NCBI GenBank assembly: GCA_951406725.2
Contig: OX597818.1
Location: 9,486,001 to 9,550,000 of the forward strand
Direction of reading: 5' to 3'
DNA length: 64,000 nt
From: Octopus vulgaris
Taxonomy: Eukaryota
Shown: one piece after another, positions 39,019 through 51,112 of the stretch
How positions within the stretch are numbered: position 1 is the first letter of the stretch
Layout: each line of letters begins with the position of its first letter
Notes under the pieces: generated by a model
Told to the model about the DNA's origin: nothing
Database searches by the model: none
Seen by the model: the letters and a program-made list of their open reading frames with translations, nothing else
Translations under genes and position numbers: made by a program

Positions 39019-40310
39019 TTGGGTCATCATATAAATAATGCGTTTTTTTAATACTTCTTTTATTTTTCAAAATTAAGATAATGAAAGTTCTGATTTTAAT
39101 CTAAATTATACTCTCCTTCATTTTCTACAATGCTCTTCTATCTAGCTGGTGGACTTGCAAGGGCTCTCTTCCAAAATACACTTTTCCGTGACGAAAAATA
39201 GTCCTCCGCTACTGTTCTGACCTCGTCTTCAGAATTCATATTATTCCTGTTCAAACGATTTTTGAAGACTGCAGAATAAATGATAATCTGATGGGGTAAT
39301 GTTGGGCGAATATGGTAGGTGGGGCATCGTTTCCCATTCAAACTTCTCTAGCCTTTGGAATGTTATCCTCGCTGTATATGGCCGAGCATTATCCTGATGG
39401 AAGAACACCTTTCGTCTTGAAACCAATGATGGTCTATTTTCTTCTAGCGCTGACTTGAGCTGCTCAAGCTGCTGGCAGTAGATCTCCTTTGTTATTGTTT
39501 GGTTTAGGTTTAAAAGTTCAATGTTCGCTAAACTTTTCATAACCCACCAAAGAGATAACAACACCTAAGGTCGGTGAAGTCCTTCTTTAGCCTGGACTGC
39601 CGATATTTCCTTTTTCTCTACCCACTGTCTTCGGCGCTTGACATTTTTATAGAGACCTTATTTCTCTTCACCAGTCACTATTCACCCCCAAAGAGGTTCA
39701 TTCGTGAGACTTGAGAGCAAACAAGAACATACATTCACTCTCTGCGCGCCATTAGACTCGGAAAGTTTATGATGAATCCATTGGCCTAATTTGCTGATAC
39801 TTCCGATAGCAAGATGGTACCGATGAATGGTTGAATGACCAAATCCAAGCTTCTCTGCTAGTTCCTCAACAGTTACGTTGGGATTTTATTCCACTAGAGT
39901 GTGCAGGACGTCCTCGTCTAGCTCTACAGACTTTCCAGGACGAGGCTCGTCTTTTAGGCTGTAGTTTCCGGCTTCGAATTTCTGGAACCACCGTTGACAC
40001 TGGCTTACGCTTATTGTCCAATCTCCACCTACTGCAGTAATATTCCTGGCACTTACCGTTGCGTTGTTGCCTTTATTGAATTCATACTAGCAAAATATGC
40101 CGAATATGCCCTTTTGTCACTACCATTAGGGCTTTGAAAAGATAACTGTTAAAATTGAAGTACACGCTTCAAAACTTGCAGTAAGAATGAGTACTAGATA
40201 AAATTAGTATCTGCTTTTATAGCAAGTTGATATAAGTAATCTTTCCTATCCCCCTCCGATTTTTAGTTCATACAATTGCAAAAAACCGTATTATATATGG
40301 GATGACTATG
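39019..40310 (-). mobile_element. Full-length degenerate mariner transposon (second family)
   Basis: Left TIR TTGGGTCATCATATAAATAATGCG is imperfectly inverted with the right TIR CGTATTATATATGGGATGACTATG. The element is ~1.29 kb and sits in TA-rich flanks. Confidence 0.92.
39096..40126 (-). pseudogene. Mariner transposase pseudogene (DD34D)
   Basis: ATG at 40126 (MVVTKGHIRHILL). Later fragments read LLSLWW...YCQQL...FHQDNARP...HLPYSPNITPSDYHLF with 34-residue D-D spacing. It is frameshifted. Confidence 0.93.
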
Positions 40311-40321
40311 TATGTATATAT

Positions 40322-40361
<40 letters not shown>

Positions 40362-40476
40362 TATATATATACATATATATATATATGTACATATATACAT
40401 ATACATATATGTACATATATATGTATATATACATATATATATACATATATACATATATATATATACATATACATAT

Positions 40477-40533
<57 letters not shown>

Positions 40534-40534
40534 T

Positions 40535-40738
40535 AACTTATAAACAAAGGCAAAATAAAATTATTTCTAGGCCAATATGCTGATAACAGACTTTTAAATC
40601 GTCAATTTCCACATGTTATATACCCACTACAGAAATACGTTGTGCGGAAATCGAGAAAAGCTAGCCAACAGAATGTTTTTTAAATGTTATCAGCATATTG
40701 GCATAGAAATAATTTGTTTTTGCCCTTGTTTATAAGTT
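40535..40738. repeat. Inverted repeat with ~54-bp arms and a ~96-bp spacer
   Basis: AACTTATAAACAAAGGCAAAATAAAATTATTTCTAGGCCAATATGCTGATAACA (40535-40588) pairs with 40685-40738 with few mismatches. Confidence 0.9.
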
Positions 40739-40914
40739 GTTTATAATTTTAACCTCTAAAGGTATTTTAATATGCTGCGACTTTTTTCGCTGAAATTATT
40801 TTCTGTAAAAAACATTCATTCATCCTATATTAGTAATAGTAGTAGTATATATATATATATATATATATATTATTTTGCCTTCCCATATATATATATATAT
40901 ATTATTTTGCCTTC

Positions 40915-40965
<51 letters not shown>

Positions 40966-40966
<1 letters not shown>

Positions 40967-41176
40967 TCTTACTCTTTTACTTGTTTCAGTCATTTGACTG
41001 TGGCCATGCTGGAGCACCGCCTGTAGTCGAGAAAATCGACCCCGGGAATTATTCTTTGTAGCCCAGTACTTATTCTATCGGTCTCTTTTGCCGAACCGCT
41101 AAGTTATGGGGACGTAAACACACCAGTATCGGTTGTCAACCAATGCTAGGGGGACAAACACAGACACACCAACATA

Positions 41177-41211
<35 letters not shown>

Positions 41212-41536
41212 GTGTGTGTATATGTTTGTGTGTCTGTGTTTGTCCCCCTAGCATTGCTTGACAACCGATGCTGGTGTGTTTACGTCCCCGTAACTTAGCG
41301 GTTCGGCAAAAGAGACCGATAGAATAAGTACTGGGCTTACCAAGAATAATTCCCGCGGTCGATACATATATACGACAGGCTTCTTTCAGTTTCTGTCTAC
41401 CAAATCCACTCACAAGGCTCTGGTTGGCCCGAGGCTGTAGCAGAAGACACTTGCCCAAGAGTGCCAAGCAGTGGGAATGAACCCAGAGCCATGTGGTTGG
41501 TAAGCAAGCTACTTATCACACAGCCACTCCTGCGCC
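40966..41536 (-). mobile_element. tRNA-derived SINE (family 1), full length, with an internal inverted duplication
   Basis: Head GGCGCAGGAGTGGCTGTGTGATAAG...GGGTTCATTCCC (A and B boxes), then CTTGGGCAAGTG, an internal TA/CA tract, and a 3' tail TAAAAGAGTAAGAG. Confidence 0.92.
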
Positions 41537-41570
41537 TACATATATATATATATATAAAATAAAATAGATA

Positions 41571-41813
41571 TGCTCTTTTAGAGCCTGGCCAGGCTCATGG
41601 GCCCGGTTTCCGGTTTCTATGGCGTATGTGTTCCCCAGCTGGATGGGACGCCAGTCCATCACAGCGTTACTAATTTTTGCCCGCTGAGTAGACTGGAGCA
41701 ATGTGAAATGAAGTGTTTTGCTCAAGAACACAGCGCGTCGCCCGGTCCAGGAATCGAAACAACAATGTTACGATCGTGGTGCTTATACCCTAACCACTAA
41801 GCCACGCGCCTCC
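41571..41813 (-). mobile_element. tRNA-derived SINE (family 2)
   Basis: Head GGAGGCGCGTGGCTTAGTGGTTAGG (A box) and GTTTCGATTCC (B box). The central GATGGACTGGCGTCCCATCCAG motif is of the kind seen in V-/Meta-type SINE domains. Confidence 0.88.
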
Positions 41814-42789
41814 ACATATGGAACGGTAGTCCGTTAGAAAATATCTGTTTGAGATAGTTGTAGCATACGACCCAAAAAGTATTGCTTATGGCTACTTTAA
41901 TCTGGTTGTTCTCTAAGAGACAATGATACAGCCATTTAAACCCAGAAACACAGACTCACTAGCTGGCTTATTCAGTGCGCTCCTCACACCCGATATTTAT
42001 TGCAAGCGATAAATAACACCTGCCACCCTAGCATCAAGACCACCAGACAACGTGCTTTCGATCTGTATTGGAACTCCTCGGTGGTGGGTACCCGTTTCCA
42101 GATACGGCGGTCGTTTACCTCGTTTGCCATATATTGAAAGTACAATGTCATACAATCACGTGCGAGAAGCTCACTAAATAAACCAGCTGGTGCAGATGTT
42201 TTCGTAGGGTTAAATTGTTTTATATACATATATACATACATGTATGTATATATGTACATATATGTGCGTATGTATTTATATGTTTGTATATGTGTATGTA
42301 TATAATGTCTAGAGAATTCAAACATTATTCATACTTATAAATTATATAATTATATACTTAAAAATAAACTTTACCGATATGGTCATTTTTTTTTACGCTA
42401 GCGACTGATGTAATCATTTTAATGATTATACCCTTAATTCTCATGTGCAAATAACTTTTGAGTTCTCTACTCATTATATTATGCTGCGGTACTCTATTTA
42501 CCCCGTATGATTTCTGACATTAACCACATGCATATATATATATATATTATCTGTACGAATAAATGTATCGGTATGTATATGTATTTTTCGCTTATATATT
42601 TGTCAATGTATCCCTACCGAGGATTGCAAAGTAATCTTTATTACAGAGCATGAAATTTTAAGATATCGGATTGTCGGAAATTTTGTAAATCTTCTTGCTC
42701 ATTACCTTGCATTCGACCTAGTGTTATAAATAGAGAACAAATTCAGAGTGGACTGTAGATATTTGACAACTCCTTCTACTGTACAGGCA

Positions 42790-43330
42790 CTGGCATTCCA
42801 GTGCTCCTTGATTATAATTATATTTTCTTTCAGGAGAATAGTCCAGATGACTGTGCAGAAAGTGCTCTTTAATACTTACGGTGCTCGAAAATTGATTACA
42901 GGCTCTACACAACTTTTCATAATTTGATACCTTCCTGTTTCCCAGAAAATCAGACACAAGTGCATCAAAAGCATTTCATACTTCTTTTTCAATGCAAGAT
43001 ATGGTCTCCAAAACTTGCTCGTCCTGCCATAGCCACCAAATTCGTGTCCGTCAAACACATCAACATTAATTTTCTCATAAGACAAAGCTGGAAATTCTGC
43101 TTGAGTATTTGAAACAGTCACACAATATGGCGTGCCCAGAATTTGTCTTGATCACCCAGTTTCATGTCAAAGTATTTAAGGTAAGCTGTCTTCAAAAGTC
43201 TGCCAGAGTAAAGTAGAACGTCCACAAATATAGCAGAAAACATAGGGTCTGTTCTTGTATTTACTTCTCTCTCAACGTATTTCTGAAACACAACACATAT
43301 ATTCAAACCAGTTGTCACCCATGGAAACCA
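42790..43330 (-). pseudogene. Chapaev-3-like (CMC superfamily) DNA transposase remnant
   Basis: Motifs read AYLKYFDMKLGDQDKFWARHIV, FPALSYEKINVDVFDG, FLGNRKVSNYE and SIKEHFLHSHLDYSPE. It is heavily deleted. The superfamily assignment comes from recalled motif similarity. Confidence 0.72.
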
Positions 43331-45471
43331 TTTTCAGAAATGTTAACAATTATAAAGTAAGCAAACGCATTTGTGATGGCAAAATTCCATAAAGAGCATG
43401 CATAGTATGAAGTTCTTTCTATAGTTCTTTCACCATGCTTGACAAAGTGATATTTACCCATGTAATTAAAGCATTAATTGCACTTAGAAAATACTAAATA
43501 TGAGATGTGTATGATGTCAAAGACGACAGAAATGTAATTTTTATTAACATCTAATTGTCGAAAGGACATTTCTGTCATCATCATGACGCTTAAAACTCGT
43601 TAGATTGAAAATAGTGAAAGCCGATCAAGTGTGTTGCTTTTATTTACTGAAGATACTTAAACTATGACATTTGTTTTCACTTTTGTAGTTCTATTTACTT
43701 GAAATGATATCAAAAAAGGAAGTTTTTAAAGTTACGTCGGGCTCCATACATGGATGTATATTTGATTAAGTCAAATCTATAATTAGAAATGGTAACAATA
43801 CGGGAAATGTTGGAAAATGGACATTTGAGTTTGTGAAAAGTCTTGACCAGATAAAGGAAATTGGGGTACTGATTTCAAGAATTTCACTTTTGAAATCAGC
43901 TCCCCAAGATTCAAAGTTAATGCAAAATTCCTTGCTGTGGATGAATCGATATCCTTGCATATGGATGATTGGATCAGTGGATCGAACTGCCGATGGACAT
44001 TTCGATGGGTGGATGGATGCATGGTTGGGCACAAGGATTTAAGTTTGGTTGAGAGGATTAATGCATGGCTGGAGGAGTAAATCCATTCACCTTCTTTTAA
44101 TACCGTATTAGGCAATGTTTTGTTGTATAAGATGCATACATTTAAAGCATAAACTTTGCAAAGTGGTGCAGATATTTCCTGCAAAATTAAGGACATGCAA
44201 ATCCTACAGATTGCTCCTGTTGTGTAATACAATTTGCACAAGTAGTTGCAGGCTATGGTTCAATTACGGGTCACATCTATTAAACAAACGAAAACGGTTT
44301 TTTTATATCATGAGCGAAACTAGTGGAATTGTATTTTGGATCGTGCTACACGGAATTTAATCACGGAAAATATTTTCACAGTAAAACCTAATCCTTTCTT
44401 CAATAGACATAAAACTTGAAATTTGTGGGGAAGGAGGTTATTCGATTCCATCGAACCCACTGTTCATTTATTACTTGCTTCATCGATCTCGAAAAGTGCA
44501 AAGGCAGAATTTGTGTCCAGTATGCTAACAATTCTGCCTGCTCACCACCTTTCTCCAGTGAGACCTAATACATGCTTATTAAGCATACACACGGAAATTA
44601 TGCAAATATTTACAAAATATTCAGAAGCATGATTTTCTTGTGTGTTTTGCTAAATTAATATGCATAAGTCCACAAAATTCCACCTCAACTTCATTTCCCA
44701 AACTCTGTACCACGGGATTCCCTCAGTTCATATCTAACGTACTTACATTCATGAGTGAATAATATCCTGATACCTTTGCAGAGGACAGTCGGTCAGGCTA
44801 TAAGTTTCCTTCAAATAGGTCTATGGTATGAGGTTTTTCAAATCCACATGCACCATACATTCATAACACACACACATAGGCGTGTGTAGGTGTGAATGTA
44901 TATATATATATATGTGTGTATATACATATAAACGCGCATAAACACATGAGTATATACGTTTCTATATAATATTTCTGTGTGTGCGTCTGCATGTATGCTT
45001 TGCGTGTGTGTAGAAAGTGAGAGAGTGAGAGAAAGACATACAGAAAGTCAGACAGAGAGGGGAGAATTGTTCAAGGAACGTAGATACATCTGATGATGAA
45101 GATGATGATGATGATGGTATATATATATGGAGAAAGAGGGGGTATAGAGAGAGAGAGGAGGGAGAGAGAGAGAGAGAGAGATCAGAGTCAGGAAATGCAA
45201 TTCGTGAAATTAGTGTGGTCTTCTCCACTTTAAAAGCCTACTACTGGATAGTAACTTTCTCCGGGATTTGGATATTAGTCGATGTTAGATAAATAATATT
45301 TGGACAAAATGTTATAAATCATAATACAAAGCGTGTTAAGCGACCAACAATCCTGGAAGAACTTTGCCCAAAATTCTACAAGGTCTTTACACTATTATAA
45401 CTTAACTACACGCACACACATACACACATGCACACATGCACACACACACACACACACGCAAACACATAAGA

Positions 45472-45502
<31 letters not shown>

Positions 45503-45648
45503 AATATAAAGAGAGAAGGGGGAGAGAGTGAAATTTATATAAACTTATATGTATGCACATACAGTTGTAACATTACATATGTATATGTGGAATGCTTCAT
45601 CTCGAATATATGTATACACACATACCATATATGCGGACATACATGCAT

Positions 45649-45728
<80 letters not shown>

Positions 45729-47422
45729 GCACGCATATAATATGTGCATATGCATATCAATGCCCGTGACTCTATTCCCAAGTCGACGTTATATATGCCA
45801 TACATATCATGCATGGGCAAGATATTTTGGATACATGGTCGATCTCTCTCTCCCCCTCCATCTCGCACACACATACACACACACATACACACGACATGCA
45901 CACGTATTCACGGACAAGTATACTTCTATATCTACACATATACACGGCTAATTACAGTAATTTCTTCCTGCGGGAACCCATTTTCATTTTAAGGTACAAT
46001 CGGATATTAGAGAGGAATTCCTGTTTATTCCTCCACCCTCAAATCATGTCCCAGATACTCTCACCATTAGGAGTAATTTGATCGATGCCATCCATCTCAT
46101 TCACTAAAAGATTTGGAAAATACTTTTCCCATATATTGTTGTGTAAATTATAAAAAGAGAGATATGTGCATATTTACATAGATACACATGTACCTGCACA
46201 TTTTCATGCATAGATGCGTACATGTAGGCATTCATACAAAACAAAAGACATCAATACGTTTTTGTCTATCTAATATATATATATGTGTGCAGTGGGGATT
46301 GAATATTATACATATAGATATGTGTATGTGTACGTGTGTGCCTGCGTATATATGTGTATGTATATATGTATATATAAATATGTATATATACATATATATA
46401 CATACATATATTCATATATATGCATATATATATATATACTTATACATAGATATATAAATATGTATGTATGTATATGTATATGTATATATACATATAGACA
46501 CATATATATAGAAATATAAATGAGTACACACATACACACACATACATATTTTATTATATATATATGTATATGTATATGTATATGTATATATATGTATATG
46601 TATGTATATATATATGCACACACACACTTTTATTTCTTGACATGTAGTGTGTGTTTGTGTGTGTGTGATCTGTGTGGCATTTTTTTAGTGATAGTGTTTC
46701 TACTATGGTAAAGAGTGTCTTTTTAGTAATCTTTTGATCTCGTCTGCATATAAATGAAAAATTTTCAAATTTGCATTTGAAAAACTGCAAATTCATATAA
46801 AGCTTACTCGAAAAAGTTGTAGCATTTCTAACTGGGAGTCTATCTAAAATGTTGGTTCCGATAATAAATAAATAAATACCTAAGTAGATAAAAGAAAAAG
46901 AAAATAAATAAATATATAAAGAATGTATGATAAAGAGATAGCAAGAAAGAAAGTAAGAAAAATGTGCAACTAACATATATACATTTGAAATTTGTCTTTA
47001 AAAAAATGTTATGAATTTCATAACTTCATATTTTGATAAGAGACTTGAATGGAAAATTCTTCAAATTTTCATTTCAATCAAAATTCTACATCATCTATAA
47101 TAAACAGAATATACAAGAAAAATAAAATATTTATTCAAATAAAGAAAACAACTTCAAAAACATAATTCTAAGACACAACTAAAATATAAACTGAATCTTA
47201 ATTTTAATTCTAATTTGAAACAAAAATGTTATTATTTTTTTTTACTTACAATCGGGCTCTGACTCTCTAGGCCTTGCAAGAATAATATTTTCTATTCTTT
47301 CTGTCACCCCACTCTCTGTATCTTCATGAATATATGTGCGTGCGAATAACTGTGTGTATGTGTGTGTGTTAGATTAGTGAAACAAACAGAAACGGAGCTC
47401 CATGAATATGTATATATATATG

Positions 47423-47463
<41 letters not shown>

Positions 47464-47786
47464 GAACTACTTTAATTTTGTGATATTCAGTTCAAAAGAT
47501 TTATACGCACGTGCAGTAACACAAACGTACACACACACGGGCTCACACACACATGCACACATACACATACGCACACAGCTGTACCTCTCTTCGACATATA
47601 GAAATTTGCATGTACATCGCATGCGAATTCTCGCTCACCTTCTTAATGAAGCTTTCTCAATCCATTTTGTTCTCTCTTTATTTGCCCATCCCTCCAGCTT
47701 GATGGAGTGATTTTAGTCTCTCTAGTTACACATAGGGATATGTTTGGAGGTGTAAGTGCATATGTGTATGAGAGTGGATTCATGTG

Positions 47787-47839
<53 letters not shown>

Positions 47840-48118
47840 ATATATGTATGTATATGTATGTATATGTATGTATATGTATATGTGTGTGTGTGGATGTATT
47901 TATGTATGTATATCACTCACATATAAACGATATATATATATATATATATAAAGAGAGAGAGAGATTGTGTGCAAAGAGAGACAGTATCTTTAAATGTTTG
48001 TTTACATTTACCTGAAATTATCCCTCATGTTCTCTTTCCAATCCCCCTATTTCTTTCATCTTCTCTCTTTATAATTCACTATTTATCTAAACAACTTTTT
48101 CTTTTACTCCTTACTCCT

Positions 48119-48153
<35 letters not shown>

Positions 48154-48347
48154 ATCAATCTATATATATATGTGTGCGCATCCATACCTTATCCATCTAA
48201 AGCCTTAAATTCTTGCACTGCCTTTTAAAAGTTTATCCCAAAAGAACCAGGAGGTACTTCTTTATCTCTGTTATGCATGTATGTACCGTGAGCATATACA
48301 TACATACATACATACATACATACATACATACATACATACATACATAC

Positions 48348-48380
<33 letters not shown>

Positions 48381-48674
48381 CATATATTATGATAAATATA
48401 TATATACACATGTATATATGTATATATATATACATACATACATATATAATGATAAATATATATATACACATATATATATGTATGTATATATATATATTTA
48501 TTTTTATATGCATGTATTGTATGTATATATGTATATGTTTATGTGTATACATGCATACATGTGTATGTACATGCACATCTACACACATTTTTGCACACAC
48601 ATTTGTATTTGTATTTATGCGTAATGTGCTGCATCTATGTATAAAACCCTCTTTGTTATCGTTATTATCTTATA

Positions 48675-50035
48675 CTAGCAGTATCGCCCGGCGTTGCTCG
48701 GGTTGTAAGGGAAATAACTATATAAGCATTTTTAGAGAGTTATAGCCAAAAAGTAGCAAAAAAATGCATTAAAAATTGAAAAAAAATTAAGGTAAATTTT
48801 TCTTTAAATCGTTCACACATCGTAGATATTTTTAGAGAGTTACTTCCCTTATATAAAAGCGAAAAAAATGCATTAAAATGGAAAAAATGATGGTAATTTT
48901 TTTTTAAATCGTAGACTCATCGTAGACGCGCGCTAATACCCAGAAGGGCTCGTTTGTTATTCTGGGTAACTTTCTGTAAAATTAACAAAAATTTTGTTCA
49001 AACAACGCTATAGAAAATGGGTTATTAGCTAATATTCAATTGGGTATACAACAAAATTTTACGATAGAATTTGTTATACTGGGTAAAATTATTAAAATTT
49101 TGTTCAAACATCGCTATAGAAAATGGGTTATTAGCTAATATTCAATTGGGTATACAACAATATTTTACGATAGAATTTGTTATTCTGGGTAACTTTCTGT
49201 AAAATTATTAAAATTTTGTTCAAACATCGCTATAGAAAATGGGTTATTAGCTAATATTCAATTGGGTATACAACAAAATTTTACGATAGAATTTGTTATT
49301 CTGGGTAACTTTCTGTAAAATTATTAAAATTTTGTTCAAACATCGCTATAGAAAATGGGTTATTAGCTAATATTCAATTGGGTATACAACAAAATTTTAC
49401 AATAGAATTTGTTATTCTGGGTAACTTTCTGATACCCATAATAATATTTATGGCAAAATAGGCCTTAATTTCATTTAAGGTTGTGAGAAATAACAAACTA
49501 TCCTTTCTTTCGGTTTGTTTACGTTTAGCGTAATGATTTCAAATAGGCTCATTCGAAAAAGTAAATAGAAATAGTCTAAGGCTTTACTCTTCTGGGAAAG
49601 TCTGTGGCTTGGTCCAGTTTCTTCAGAAAACTCACTGAAAGAAACAGTTTTTAAATTTTCACTCCATTCAGGTACCAATTCGTTTTCTTTATCGCTGTCG
49701 GATTCACTGTTTTCACTTTAATAGCTGCAAACTTGCAAAGACAAAGGAGGAGAAGGGTGATAGCGTCAGTGAAACAATTCGCTCCCTTTGTGTGTGTGTG
49801 CGTTTGCGTGTGGTGTAAACCAGACTAAGAAAAGCATTTGACACACACACCAGAACGTGAGTTTTCTGTAAATTTTGCTTAATTGGAGTTTAAATTTTAA
49901 AAACTGGAGCTGGCATGACGCGATACATTGTACTCTTAAAAATGCCAGGTAAATTGTAATTGAAGAAATCCTATATTGTAGATTTGTATAACTCCCAAAG
50001 GGAGGCAGATAAAATCTGCCTTTTATAATAAGAGA
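48675..50035 (-). mobile_element. Non-autonomous Helitron with an internal minisatellite
   Basis: 5' end A|TCTCTTATTATAAAAGG at 50035 with the subterminal palindrome AGGCAGAT-aaa-ATCTGCCT. 3' end CCCGAGCAACGCCGGGCGATACTGCTAG|T at 48675. Confidence 0.9.
48953..49431. repeat. ~116-bp tandem repeat, ~4.2 near-identical copies
   Basis: The unit start TTTGTTATTCTGGGTAACTTTCTG recurs at 48953, 49070, 49176, 49292 and 49408. The second unit has a 10-bp deletion. Confidence 0.95.
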
Positions 50036-50330
50036 TACAAGTCCTATACACTTTCCTTTCTCACCCTATATCTTCTCTTCACTTTCTATCAATTGTTTAT
50101 CATCCCCACTCCTCCATTATATGTCATGTCTCACTTTAAGTATAGAAGTGGAGGCTTTATTCGTGATATCTATGCAACTTACATATTACGAACTTAAACG
50201 TGCAATTAAATGCATTCACACGAACTCATACATACATTACAATTATGTGCACCTTTATACACATTACTATGAGTGTGAATGCATACGGACATACGCAAAT
50301 GTAGCCAAAAAGTACATACGTGTATGCATG

Positions 50331-50373
<43 letters not shown>

Positions 50374-50491
50374 ATATGTATGAATATATATGTATATGTA
50401 TATTACATACACATATATATGTATATATATATCTATGTATACACACACGCACACACACATACACACACATACACACACTCATATATATATA

Positions 50492-50887
50492 TCTTCATAT
50501 ATAAAAGTGAAGTTGTGTGTCTGTCTCCTACGATTTAGATTCCTAACTACTCCCACATTTTGCGGTGCAGTGTAACCAAAACCGGGTATCTTATAGTCGT
50601 GATTCCTATCGAGCCCTTCTGGGTATTAGCGCGCGTCTACGATGAGTCTAGGATTTTAAAAATAATTTACCATCATTTTTTTCCATTTTAATGCATTTTT
50701 TTCGCTATTATATAAGGGAAGTAACTCTCTAAAAATGTCTACGATGAATCAACGATTTAAAAAAAAATTTACCATCATTTTTTTTTGCATTTTAATGCAT
50801 TTTTTTGCTACTTTTGGCTATAACTCTCTAAAAATGCATTATAGTTATTTTCCTTACAAACCCGAGCAACGCCGGGCGATACTGCTA

Positions 50888-50888
<1 letters not shown>
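50492..50888 (+). mobile_element. Complete 397-bp non-autonomous Helitron
   Basis: A|TCTTCATATATAAAAG...CCCGAGCAACGCCGGGCGATACTGCTAG|T. It is inserted between A and T within a TA tract. Confidence 0.93.
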
Positions 50889-50962
<74 letters not shown>

Positions 50963-51080
50963 CCGAAGAACATGAATTAAAATAGATTTAACTAATTTCG
51001 GTGTGTATATATATATATTAATGCACACGCATGTATATACAGATATATATATTTACATATATTAGTACTACCACCACCAA

Positions 51081-51112
<32 letters not shown>

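Noticed and set aside
48953-49431. Regularly spaced repeats resembling a CRISPR array
   Set aside because: The units are head-to-tail copies with no unique spacers, there are no cas genes, and the context is a eukaryotic Helitron.
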